This document shows, piece after piece, positions 44,983 through 58,300 of a stretch of 64,000 bases of DNA. Source of the DNA: Klebsormidium nitens. Lineage: Eukaryota; Plantae; Klebsormidiophyceae. Each line of letters starts with the position of its first letter. The stretch's first letter is position 1. A program made the position numbers and the translations under genes. The stretch is taken from positions 295,728 to 359,727 of the forward strand of contig DF236959.1 of the NCBI GenBank assembly GCA_000708835.1. Reading direction: 5' to 3'. Under the pieces are notes generated by a model. That model saw only the letters and a list, made by a program, of their open reading frames with translations. It made no database searches and was not told where the DNA came from.

Positions 44983-47900
44983 ATGACGGACGAAGATAAG
45001 GCCACTGCCTCCCGCCCCACTGGTGAGAACGGGCTCAAGGGCCGGCCATCTCCAATTGAACTGCCAAAGGTCCCTGAGAATGGGGCCTTGTCAGGGGACA
45101 AGGCGCCCCTGGCGACTCCACAGTTCACTGCCACCCCGACCTTCAACAGGGCCTCCAGCCAAACTCCTCGGACGCCTCGGACGCCGTCCCTTCGCCGGTC
45201 GTCAACGTTTGTTGATGTGAGTCCGACCTGCTTTGACTGAATGATGCTTACGGGGCGGTATATCTTCGTGGCAAGAAAGTCAGGTGTTTGGAAAATGCAA
45301 GAATCTGATGGTAATTCTGGCACGCTGTGAGATTTTGATTTTGATTTTGTGGATTTAGAGGGTCAGTAAGTGAATTGCGACAAAGATGGATCATTTGGGA
45401 CATACTGCAATTGCATTCAACTTACGTCATCGATACAAAGGGTTGTGGGAAGGTTGAAGATGTTAGGAAAAAGAGAAAATGAAGCTGATACAAATGACGA
45501 GAACAACATTGGCAATCAAACAAGAGTGGAAAAGCGATTCAAGAATCAAACATCTTTTGACGTTGATAAAGGTAATGCTTGGAAGGAGTGTGAACAGAAC
45601 AGTAGACAAGTATTCTGGATCAGAAAACACTTAGATGCAAGATGAACCTGTAAGGGCATATTACCGTAGTTGAAAAGGACCGGCAAGAAAGGGACGACTA
45701 ACAGAACTGCATCATTTTCTTGTCCAGAAAGTAGCAGAGGTAAAGGAGGAAAAGTCGGCCGCAGTTGAGTCGGAGCCGCTCACCGAAGCAGAGTCGAAGC
45801 ATCGTCTTGCAATCGACGTCCCCTTCCTAGGCAGGGTAACCTGGGAGGAACTGCGAAAGCAGGCAATGTGAGTTGCGAGGCCAGGTCTTGCTTCCAAGAC
45901 AAAAACACCTTAAGTTCACCTTGTAACTGATTCTAAACCATGTGCATCAGGCGTCAGTCTTCAGTCAAGCTACTGCATATCTGCAAAGCTGTATGTGCCG
46001 GAAAAGCTTGGATGCCTGACTGATAGCCTCTTCTGCAAAATGATTTGTAGGAGCAGCTGAGGTTGGCCCTCCTGGGTTGGGTGGTTTACAGAACCACCTT
46101 TCCTCCGCACCTGATTGCGCTTCTCTCCATTCTCTCCCACAAACGTCCCTGGCGAATTCCTGACAATTGCGCCTGGTCTGGGTCTGGGGAGTTGATTATT
46201 TCGGTGGACCCACCCTCTCTTCCTACGAGGTATTCCCGAAGTGTTCCTAAAAGAACATTGAAGTTCAATGCCTTGTTAAAAAGTAGTCCTTTTCCTGTCG
46301 CCCCTGAGCGCAACCTCTTACGCTTTTTCCGAATCCCTTAGTGCGGCGCTCCTTTTCTGGATTCTGTGGGTGGCCGTCAGGACACAGACCCTTCCATTTC
46401 TTCAATCAAATATCCCTGTCTCCTGTCCCCGCAGATTCCGATTCTCCCCCATGAAACATCAATAGCCTGAGATCTTATGTGCAGAACCTGGCTCAAGGAG
46501 CCCCTCAACATTGCGCTCCTGTTCTGGATCCTGGGGGTGGTTGTGTCGGGCGCGATCCTGTTCTTCGTGATGACGGGCATGCTCAACGCGCAGCTCAGCA
46601 AGAGCCAGCGCAACACTTTGTTCGAGATTTGCAACCAGATCATCAACGGGCTCTTCACGCTCATGTGCATCCTAGTCCACCCGATGTGAGCGAATGTCCA
46701 TCTCTGAAACCGTTCCAAACCTTGAACGTCGAGAAATCTGAAAGTTAGATCTTGAACGCTGCCGAAATTATCCAGATTTCGCTGCGTAGAAGATGTTGTG
46801 TTCGTTCAGTTTAGACTCACGTGCATCCTGGTTCACGCTAGTGGACAAGCCAGAAGCCAACTTTCAGATTCAGGAACCTCCAGGCCTCGGATCTTTGAGG
46901 TCGATACCTGCAGACGAAAGTGGTAAAAACAGCTGCAGTGTCTACTTTCTTTTCTCAGATTTGATGGGTATTTACGAGCAATCTGTTGCGCACTGTGTGG
47001 ATCGGACTAAAATCTACGAATCTAAATGCTCAAATGCATCGTGAGAGAACAGAGGAGAGTCCGTGGGGGTGATCCGGTTAGTTTACAAACGACCAAGTAA
47101 ATGCGGCCTTTTCGCAACTAACAGAAGGTGGTCCAGGCTCTTCGAAGCCGCATTCACCTCCAATCATATACTGGAACAATTGGTTGTAGAGAATCGCATG
47201 CTGTGAAGATTTGTCTTTTACAGCTGCCCGCAGCAGGGCGAACCAGCTGTACTGCTGGAATGGGAAGTGCATCCACGAAAGGCCCAATAAACGCTTCTCT
47301 CTTAGCATGCCCCATCCTGACCAGTTCTAACCAATCGCCACTGTCGTAAATTGAGAAATTGTAAGATGGAGTTGTTAAAGTCGTGTGATCGTGTAACCTT
47401 ACATGTGTCTTCGATTCGCAGCCGCCTGCAGCACGCTAACCGGTTGTACCGCTGGAACGAGAACGACATCAGGAAAATGCGCAAAGTGTACTGCAAGGGC
47501 AACGTGCGCAAGCCCAACGAGTGGAAGCACATGAGTGTCGTCGTCTTCTTCCTCAACATGAACTGCTTCTCCCAGGTAAGGAGTGGAACTCCATTTTTCA
47601 TATCAATAGGCGTCCGCAGCATGGCGTCCGAAACACGCCTCCCCCTCAAAGTGTGCCCAGATATGCCCTCGAAGTGCGGCATTTAGTTTCTCGCCCTTGA
47701 ACTGTGCCGTTTCGATATGCTGCCGGGAAATGCCTCAACATGCTTCCGAATCTGCATCCTGAAGCTGCCATCCCACCTGCCCTTTAACTGTGCAAACCAC
47801 GCCTTTCGTATCTATCCTCAGAATATACCGACTGATATGCTTTTGAAAAGCTTCCTTTAATCCGATACTTAACATGTCTCGCTTCAAAGTGGCGTTGAAA

Positions 47901-50900
47901 GCGCTGTTTGAACTTGCTATTTTTGATGCCCCCTAATTGGGTGCCCATTCGCTTATGTGTTCCCGCTTGGCCTTCCAGGATTGTGCCCGATTTTGCTGAG
48001 TAAGTCGATTGCGAATCAGTACGATAAGGCCAAGCAAACAGAGCGACCCCATCGACAATCTCTTGGACCAAAAAAATGATCGAAGACACCACTTGCTCTT
48101 TCTTCTTGCAGTATGCCCTTGCCGGCCTGAACTGGGGCTACTCGAGGCACGACCGCCCAGCGATCGGCGTCGCGGTCACTCTCTGCGCCGCCATCGGTTT
48201 CAGCATTGCCGCCAGTATTTATCTCATCGTCAGTCCCTTGGGGAAGACGTATGACTATGTTGAGATGGAAGAGGAGGTAGAGGGGGGCAAGCTAGCGCGC
48301 CGAATGTCGATGGTGCAGCGGGAGGAGCGAACGGTGGGGATCGTCACGGACCCGCAATGGCACGGGCGGACGTTTGGGTGCCTGGACAACAAGAAGGTGA
48401 GGAGGTTCAGTGCGGAGAGTGTGAAAAGATTGCCTTTAAAGTAGACTTAGAAAGGGATTGTTAGTGTGCTCAAATAAAGTGGAACAGGAGATCTGCTAAC
48501 TTGACAGGAAGGCCGGAGCGAATCGGGCTGCGGTAAAATTTTCTCCCCTTCACGAGATTAACGAGTCTGGCTGTTGCATGCCGAAAAGTTTACAGATTAT
48601 GTACAAAGCGGAGGGATTTTGTTGAGGAGGAAAACGAAAGTGGAACACGGAAGCGGAGGGGTCTGCGTAGTTAGGGGGCCACGTTATTTTCTGTGCTGGA
48701 ATACGAATCTGCAGAAGAAAATGTTCTAACCGATCGAACCTTCGGACAGAGGCTGCCCTTAGGATATCAAAGCCTGATGAACAATGCCAGGGGCACGCCT
48801 CCTGTATGCATTGTCCAACCCAACATCCCTTTCCGGATTTAGTGATCTTCTGAAACATCAGCAACCATCGACACTGCACAAACCCCCAAGATTGAATTCG
48901 AGAACTCCAGACACCTTAAGCGTCACTGAACCTTCGCCCGTCCTTCGGATGCTTGCTCGCCTTGAAAAAACCCCCACCTCACGAAAAGGCCTTCTCTCGC
49001 ATTTTTTCCAGAAGATGCAAAAGGTGTAAGGTCTCAAACCGCTCACCGACAGATGTGACTGTACGATCGCTTTCTGCTACCGACCAGTTGAGAGCCTTCT
49101 GTGTGCCCCTCGTATCGCTTTCGAGCTTTCAGAATCCTGAGGGTTCCGGTGCGGATTCCGGTTCCGGTTCCCATTTCAAATTGTCGCGTTCCCACAATCT
49201 CTTCGTAGTTTCCGTGGGGCCTTACGGCCTTGTTTTCGTATCTCGCTGCTTAACCATGCTCACGGAGCGGACAAACCTGCTCCGTACTCCAACGCAGATC
49301 TTCCCGACTTACCCTGGGTCTCTTCTCCCAGGTGTGCCTCCTGTCGTTCACGTTCTGCTTCTGCGTCTTCGGCCACAACATGGAGCGCCTCGGCCTGGGC
49401 AACGGGCTCGTTCACACCGTCTCCTTCATGCTCTTCTGCTCCGCCCCGTTCCTCGTCTTCACGCTCGCTGCCGGCAACCTCGACGGCAACGTCCGAAACG
49501 CGCTCACGTGAGTCTTCCGTCCAAACCTGGCAGTCCAGCAAAACGCCCATGTTTTCTGCCTTCCGTAAGCGACCTTATTTGTTCCGATTGAGCAGAAATT
49601 TTGTTTGCCCTTTGACCCTGAAACTGCGCCCCTGGAAAGCATGACCGTATCTGCAAATCTTCTGCAGGATCAAAGGCTCCATTTTGTTCGTTTGCAAACT
49701 CGAATCCGGGGTTCACGTCCCGAGCCACAACTCTTGAAAGTTGCGAACTTGCAAAGTCACCTTTTACAGTGGATCATTGATCCCTTCAGCAACAACTTTT
49801 TGAATCATGCCCCTGCGAAATTGATCCTGCAACGTCCTTAACCCAAGTCGTGCACCGATTGCAGGATCACTGGCGCCATCCTGTCTGTGTGTGGTCTCAT
49901 GTACGGCGGCTACTGGCGCACGCAGATGCGCAAGCGCTTCAAGCTGCCGCCGAAGTCCTGGGCCACTAAGTGCAAGACGTTCGGCGACCTCGTCTCGTGG
50001 CTGATTGTCCCGTGCTGCTCTCTCGCCCAGGTACGAAGTCGCCTTTCACCTGATTAACCAGAGAGTAAGCCCAGGGAATAGTCAGTGGAACGGGTGGGAT
50101 TGGTTAGGGGGTTAGGGTAGGTTCGAGTGCAGAACGCGTGAAACTTTGGTTTTTAGTCCAACCCAAGAAGCTTGCTTACCATTCACTAGTTCGACAGCTA
50201 CCGAAATGGCCTCGCTTAAGAGGAAACCGCCCTCGGTTCGAGGCCCGTTCAAGACGTTCTCGTGTCGCAGAAAGATGTTGTGTCGTTCTTCTGGAAGCCG
50301 GGCGTTTTGGGCAGTGTTCGCCAGATGCGAGCGACGTTGCACTTTCAGGCAAGGTTTAGCCGGATGCAAGCAACGTTTCCTTATCCGAAGCGTTGGTAGG
50401 ATGTAACCAACGTGAGGCAGGGGCGAAGATCGGAAAAGTCGATCCGAAAACCTCTCGTGAAGAGGTTTTCTGCATCCCTGTTTGGTGAAAATACTTTGCC
50501 ACCGGCTATCTAGGGTGGGGACGCGTCGGGGTCAAACAAAAACAATGTCTGTCCTCGGTACGACGCCCTTACTGATGAATCGCGCCCCTCTTCTCACCAC
50601 CAGTCCTTTAAGTCTCTCTTGCTCAATCTGGTCGTGTTCCGCTTTCCAGGAAACCCGGACCGCCGAGTTTTACGACATCGAAGAGGCCGCTTTCATCCGA
50701 CGCCCCGGGCATTTCGGCGTGGGTTATCCGCTAACCCAGGAGCAGAGCCAGCGGGACGAACACGGGCTGCCGAAGGAAGGCACCGAACTGGCGATGCAGA
50801 GTTTCAAGTCACAAACGAGTATGAGCAGCCCGGCCCCCAGTCAGTCTAGCTTGTCGCCGGGTTACATGCCAGGACAGGTTACCGGACAACCAGGGCCGAT

Positions 50901-51000
50901 GGTTGCGCCGCCCACACAGGTTGCACCGAAACGGGATGAGTTGAGGGAAGGGGATGATCAGGTGTGGACGGTGGATGCGGACAAGAAGGGCGGGCTTTGA
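44983..51000 (+). CDS. DUF2985/PLAC8-family membrane protein, 8 exons
   Basis: Exons 44983-45216, 45728-45867, 46485-46685, 47422-47575, 48112-48396, 49332-49507, 49865-50030, 50650-51000, phase-consistent. Motifs WLKEPLNIALLFW, NQIINGLFTLMC, YALAGLNWGY, FGHNMERLG, YGGYWRTQMRKRFKLP, PCCSLAQETRT. Confidence 0.92.
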
Positions 51001-52333
51001 CCGGACGCTTAGGTTGTATTTATCGAAGGGTTGTCGTGTAAGTGTCTTGTCAACGTAGCGCGACTGTGTGTCTATCGAGAGGGTTCTTGTTGAGAAGGGT
51101 TCTACTGCGGCCGATCTTGGGCTTCTTTGGAATAAGCAACTGGCGGCTAGCAGCAACGCAAATAATTACGAACAGGACCGTTGCTTTCTCGTGATTGCAG
51201 CTCTGCAATAATTGGTTGGTCTTAGCAGTGCCTTGATGATAAGAGAGCCTGCGGGCTGTTGATATAGACAAGCTGAACGCCTGATCTGCCGTTGCAGTAT
51301 GTCTCAATCGTCAATTTGTTGCAATAGGATCTTGTCGAATGCACCCAGCCTCTTGCCATATATGGTATGGTTCACACACGTTCAACGAGCTTGACAACGC
51401 ACACAAAACACACATGCAAACCTGCCAATCATAGGGAATCGTACAGGATTTTCTTAGAGAACGTAGGGTGCACTAAGAGCAAAACGACCGATTTAAGCGG
51501 ACGCGGGCCGTGAAGTACAAACGCCATTCTAGCTCGACTTGTGTAAGCAGAACGAGCTGCTATGACTCAAGCTCAAAATCTTGGCTTGCTAACTCAGGCT
51601 TGAGCACCGTCCGATCACCATATTGCTCATCTTCAGAGATCGACGGTTACAGGTTACAGTGAGCCGGTGAGGTTTCGTAATCAACGGGTACAAGTTTGTA
51701 GGCCCTTGAGGAAAGCAACTGTTTCGCACTCCGGCTCTAGTTCTTAGCAAAGTCTCGCATGCTTTCAGAGCAAGCTGACTTCAAGTTCAAGTTCAACTTC
51801 AACTTGTGTGTGTGAGTTCATCATGTGGACTTAATTCGGTGCAGAGCGCCCCAGGATGAAGTGTGGAGCTTTCCTTCACGAACTGCTGAGGCGCACGCCA
51901 TGCATGTGACGGTAGGATCGGATCAAGCTGAGATGTCCTTCTTCAGGACCTTGCTCTGAATCGCGCTGAAGACTCTGCTTCATTCTGATCAGTGCATGTG
52001 AGCAACGACACGTCTCAAAAATGCACTACAGACCAGTTTGGTGACAGCTGAGCGGGCAGGCCCCAGCTTCTTTGTCGTTTCTTTTTGTTGTCTGGAGTCG
52101 TTAAAAGTGAAGATTGCACAAGTATGACTGCTTCGAACAGCAGATGTGGGGTTGTAATTGAGCGCAGATGGAATTAGGGTTCTGTATGGAGAGCATCATA
52201 TTTGAGTGAATAGCAACAGCAACACGTTTTAAAGCCTGCTTCTAAGACTGATCAATCTCGGATCTCCCTAGGGGGGCTACCACCCTGTTAGAATCACCGC
52301 CAGCTCAGCAGCTGATCTGCTGATAACACCATC

Positions 52334-55300
52334 ATGTCGTTGGACGCGTGCCTCGCGCTGTGTGTCAACTCCACAGCCTGCCTTGAGGACTGCCTCCTTG
52401 ACGCTGGATGGACGGCTCCTTCACCAGACCTGGGTTGGGTTTTGGACGGGTTCCTGTCAACCATTCTGGTGGTGCTGAGTGCCATATTTTCGGGACTGAC
52501 GCTCGGCCTGATGAGCTTAGACAAGCTGGGGCTGCAGATCCTGCAAGAAGGGGGGGACCCTGCTGAGAGGAGGCACGCTCGCGCCATCGCCCCCATTCGA
52601 GAAAAGGTGAGCATGAAGTGACCTGCATCAGATTCTGGCGATGCAAAGATTGTAGTTGATGTAACTGAGGCGGTCATGATTGGACAGCGACTTCAACCTG
52701 CAGGATCTCGATGAACCCGAGCTTAATGCAGGTCTCAGTGCCCTCTTGGGGATTTTCTGATATGCGCACTTCACAATGGTGGTCAAACGTACAAAGCATA
52801 GAGATTCAAAGGTTGCAACTTTTGAGATCTGAAAAAAACTATGTGGACGAGCATTAGGTCTCAATTGTGCTCTAGCTGGAAGGCCAGCTCAAGGCACCTT
52901 CGAAATCCTAAGACTTCGTTGGAGCGCATTCCAATGGTGCTGGAAGTTGCCGCGCTTTTAAGGTGCTCCACTATCTCCGAAACTTGGTGCTGATTCCCCG
53001 ACCACTTTGCGACAGTGTGTTTCAGAATAGTTACTTCTGTTTAAGGATTAAAGCTACAAGTTTAACGCCACTCAACCGCTTCTGATGTGACAAGAAGGTT
53101 ATCTTTTGGACCTTCAGATGGACGTCACCTTCTATGGCAGACACAGTAAAAGTACTGGGAAGGCCCATGGTGTGACTAAAGAGTGGTCACCTACCATAAC
53201 AGCCCCGCTTTCCGCTCCTACGAACCTTGATCAGAAAGCCTTGCCGCTCCTCCTGCATCTCAGTGTCACGTCACACAGTGATCCTATTGTAATCACTTTA
53301 TTACACATGTGCTATTCTTTCCAAACGCATAATCCCCCCCTTCTTCCCCCACAGGGAAACCTCCTGCTGTGCACGCTGCTGCTCGGGAACGTCACGGTTA
53401 ACAGCCTGTTAGCCATAACCATGGCCCGGGTTACCAACGGCCTCGTCGGCTTCCTGGCATCTACCGCTCTCATTCTTCTTCTGGGAGAGATCCTGCCTCA
53501 GGCCATATGCTCCCGGCACGGCCTGGCTATCGGGGCCCATACCCTATGGGTCGTTAAGGTGTTCATATTCCTCTTCTACCCGATCGCTTGGCCAATTTCG
53601 AAGCTGCTGGATAAGATGCTGGGGCGTGAGATGGGCATGGTGTACAGCAGGTGGGCCACTGAAGCTATTCTATCATTGCTATCTGAGAAAACTTCGTTTA
53701 ACACGGCTGCTCGTTGTCAAGCGTCCATGTTCGTCAGATGACAGTATGCTTCTGTGCATATTTGTTCAGCAGCGTCTGCGGTCTTCCAGTCCTGCAAGAT
53801 AGAAATCCCAGAAAACCGCCAGTCAATTGGTCAACAAGTAGGAGCTTTTGAGATATGATCGACCAGATTGTCTTAGGGAAGACTGGCTGCCAACGGGCAA
53901 GCTTTTCAACCAAGATTAGAATGCAACAAAGCTTCAAGGTCCCATTTGCGGAAGACTGGCTGCCAACGGGCAAGCTTTTCAACCAAGATTAGAATGCAAC
54001 AAAGCTTCAAGGTCCCATTTGCAATGTACCAGTTTCCTGCCAATGACAGTAGCTCCATCCGGGTTGCCCTCTGCCGACGAATGATCTGCCGAACTCTGCC
54101 AAGCTGATTGACCAGCCAACCAACTGTGTTCAGAAACCAACAAAGAATCTGGATGACCGTAAGATCGTCTCAGAAATATGTTCGAAGCAGATTTGTTGAG
54201 TAATTTGTGATTTTGATCGCGAGATACCAGGGATCCCAATAAGCATAAGATATATGAGCATAAAATCATATGTCAATACTGAGATAGGGTAAGCGCTCTA
54301 AGAGCCACAAAATATCTCATGTAATAATTTGAGTGTATATATGGGAAACCCGCAGGAAACCAAAGGTTGAGCTGGCTGTGCTAAAAAAAAAGACTCTTTT
54401 TTTTTATCTACGCTCCACACTTTCGAAAAGTATGTCTTTTCGTTCATTCCAAAAAATATTCTGTCTTCTTCCTTGCCTACACGATCGTAGTAGAAACACT
54501 GATAACTTGACCCATCTCACTAGTTTGTGGTAGAAGCTTAAACTTAAACACAAGAATTGGACCAATACGCAGGGAGGAGATCCAGAAGCTGATCGAGCTG
54601 CACGTGACCAACCCCGAGGCGCAGCTCGAGTCGGGGCTGACCAAGGACGACCACCGGATGCTCATCGGCGTGATGGAGTACAAGAAGCGACGCGTGCGGG
54701 AAGTCATGACCGAGCTGGACAACGTGTACATGCTCGACTGCAAGCGCCGCCTCGACTTCTCCACGCTCTTCGAGGTCAGGGGGCATAAGGTCTCTAGATT
54801 TGACTTGGGTTTTCTCGAATCTTAAGTTGGTGTTTTCAGTTCGAGTCTTTGTCTGTGCCGGCTTCTTCTTTATTGGCTGCTGCTGTTGGTTCTGGAGTAG
54901 TCGCTGATGCCTGAGAACAGAGGTGAGGTCCGTATGTTACTCCGTAAGGAGCGAGTTGTTACAAAACGCTAAGATCTGCGCCAAAACCTACTCGCCAGAG
55001 TCCTCCTTCTTGCAGTTCCTCATGCCTTCTCGTAGTACGAGACGGAAAGTTGGCCGTATGCATTTCAAACATTGCTTTTTCCGTGCCGCACTTACTCGGG
55101 AGTACATACTCAGGCCGCAACCGACCCTAAGCCGCCTTGTCTCGACGTTTCTTGTTTGTTTTCCGTTGCTTTTCTGTTCTTACCACCTCTTCCTTTGTAT
55201 GTCATTTGTCGTGCCTTCTCAAGATGCATGATCCTTGGATTTTTGGATTCTTCTTGTTACTTCCTCTGCTTCTAACCCTTCCCCGAATCCCTCGATCGTA

Positions 55301-58300
55301 CTTCGCAGATCTACAAGTCCGGTTTCACGCGCATTCCCGTGTTCGACACCACCCATCACAACGTGATTGGCATCCTGTACGCAAAGGACTTGATCCTGGT
55401 CGACCCGCAAGACCAAGTCGAGATCCGCACAATCCTGTCCTTCCACGGGGGGGAGGTCAAGAAAGTTAACGAGGACACGACGCTCGACTACGTTCTGAAC
55501 GAGGTAAGGGTTATCGCAAACGCGAGCGATATTCTGGGAAGTCCTGAGCAACGAACGATAATCTACCTGTCCGTTCCTGAGTCGGATAGAGCAGGAGAAC
55601 CGGTAACAAGCAGAAATGCACCTCGTGGCTTCATTTTCGCAGGTAGTGAAGGTCCACTTCGATTGGCATTGTAAGAGACACACTCGATTGCAAAGCCCTT
55701 TCGATTCGTCTTCCTTTCCTGTCATCCTCGTTTCAAACGTTCCCTTCCTTCCCAGATTTCAGGTCTCAGGTTTTTGCCGCGTTTGTTCATTTCATATCTA
55801 GCACCCTTCCCGTCTGGGTTCTCCAAGCCCCCTCAAAGCACATCTCGAATCGAACCCCGCCTGGTTCCTTTCTGCGCAGTTCAAGACGTCCAACAGCCAC
55901 ATGCTCTTCGCCACGCGCCTCGTCTCGCAAGCGGTGGACGACGCCCCGGGCTCTCCCGGGGGCTACTGGAGCCGGGCCTGCACCGTGGAGCAACTGACCG
56001 GGATCATCACCCTGGAGGACGTCATCGAAGAGATCATACGCGATGAGATCGTGGACGAAACGGACATGGCGGTGGATGCCAACCGTCCGAAGCAAAAGGA
56101 CCGGCGCACAAGCGCGCGGGCGAGCTTGCAGGGGTAAGGCGTTTCGTGGGTTTGGGCTTTTAGGGTTTTGGGCTTTCTGGCTGTTAAGCTTTTGGGCTTT
56201 TGGGCTTTGGGACCTTTGGAAGAGCGAGGGTGGACGTTCAATGTGTAGGTGCGAGTTGACAGCTCGGTTGCGAATTCAAAGTGTTTGACTCACCAAAAGG
56301 TCCACTTTCAGTACCACGGCTTTACTCCCTAGTCAATTCTGTGGGGCGACCAGGTGGTGAATTATTGTCTCCAAGAAGCGTCGGGCCTTCAGTGGAGGAG
56401 CATGATTCAGGGGGTTTCCAACATGTATGAGCGCAGCAAGGGTTTTCGAGAACAAGTTTCAATCTTTTCGCAGGTATCTGAACCTGTACGAGCACGACCA
56501 CCGGTTAACCAAGGAGCAGCACACACTGTCCGCGCCCGAGGTGCAAGCCGTCACCGCGTTCCTGCACCTCAACGTGGACGAGTTCAAGCTGCTCCCCGCG
56601 GAGACGGTGCTCAAGGGGCTCGTCTTTAGAGCCACCCTCATCGAGCGCCACGTGAGCATTCGCACCTGAATCTGCAAATTGCTTTACCTGAACGTACTCT
56701 CGTCGTTTCGGTAAATTCTTTCCACTCTAGGTCTGCTTTCTTTTAGTTTTCGGAATACCTCTTCTGCAAAGACGGCGCTTTGGGGACTCGTCTGTCGTGC
56801 CACCCTCATTGAGCGCCACGTTAGGGTCTACGCTCAAAGTCTTTTCTTTATCTTTTCGAATTTGCTTTCTCTCTTTTCTCTGCTTGTTGATTCTGCTCAA
56901 ACAGACTGATTGAGTCGGTTCGAACTGGACACATGCGCGATGGCTTCGTTGTTGAGAAAGTAAAAGCGCAGGTTTGTGTTCCACTTGTTTTGTGGAACCT
57001 CTTCTATGGAGACGGTGCTCAAGGGGCTTGCGGTCGAGTCTTCTCATCCGTTCACTTGGGTCAGCTTTTCTTTGTTTCTGTCACACATCCTACCCTTGGA
57101 CTTGCACGTAGACGTGAAGGGTGCTTCAGAAAGTCGTCCGACGCCTGCCGTCATCAAACGGCACGTACTAGACGTGCTCGAATGTGCAGTGTCGAAGTTT
57201 CCCTTGGGCGATTATGCTTCAAATTTCGTGAAGCTCGGCAGGCCAGACGGCTGCGCCATTAAGCCACTGTATTTGAATAGTACGTGATTTTGCACATGAA
57301 TCTGCTGCTTCGCTTCCCTTCGTGTGTTTTGGGTTGCTCCTTCCATATCTCTCGTTTGCCGGTGCAAAAGGGGCTGGGCTGTTGCAACACCATCATCGCC
57401 GGCAATTTAGGTTGCGCGNNNNNNNNNNNNNNNNNNNNNNNNNNNNNNNNNNNNNNNNNNNNNNNNNNNNNNNNNNNNNNNNNNNNNNNNNNNNNNNNNN
57501 NNNNNNNNNNNNNNNNNNNNNNNNNNNNNNNNNNNNNNNNNNNNNNNNNNNNNNNNNNNNNNNNNNNNNNNNNNNNNNNNNNNNNNNNNNNNNNNNNNNN
57601 NNNNNNNNNNNNNNNNNNNNNNNNNNNNNNNNNNNNNNNNNNNNNNNNNNNNNNNNNNNNNNNNNNNNNNNNNNNNNNNNNNNNNNNNNNNNNNNNNNNN
57701 NNNNNNNNNNNNNNNNNNNNNNNNNNNNNNNNNNNNNNNNNNNNNNNNNNNNNNNNNNNNNNNNNNNNNNNNNNNNNNNNNNNNNNNNNNNNNNNNNNNN
57801 NNNNNNNNNNNNNNNNNNNNNNNNNNNNNNNNNNNNNNNNNNNNNNNNNNNNNNNNNNNNNNNNNNNNNNNNNNNNNNNNNNNNNNNNNNNNNNNNNNNN
57901 NNNNNNNNNNNNNNNNNNNNNNNNNNNNNNNNNNNNNNNNNNNNNNNNNNNNNNNNNNNNNNNNNNNNNNNNNNNNNNNNNNNNNNNNNNNNNNNNNNNN
58001 NNNNNNNNNNNNNNNNNNNNNNNNNNNNNNNNNNNNNNNNNNNNNNNNNNNNNNNNNNNNNNNNNNNNNNNNNNNNNNNNNNNNNNNTAAGAAGGAGGTA
58101 CGGTACTTTTGAAGCCAAATTGCTCCTCTGGTATGTACCTTGGAACACCACTTGGATCTGAAAAGCCATCCGATCGGCTAAGAAATTTGGAAAACCTTTT
58201 GCAGCTCTTCGGTCGACGCGCACCCTTAGACTCCCCTTTCAATGTGACTGGTTGTCATTATCTTCCTTTCCTATCGTTCCGCTGGGTTTGGTTGGTGGGT

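Noticed and set aside
57259-58242. ORFs of 268-327 aa in the track
   Set aside because: Artefacts of reading through N runs; the same applies to 62957-63991.
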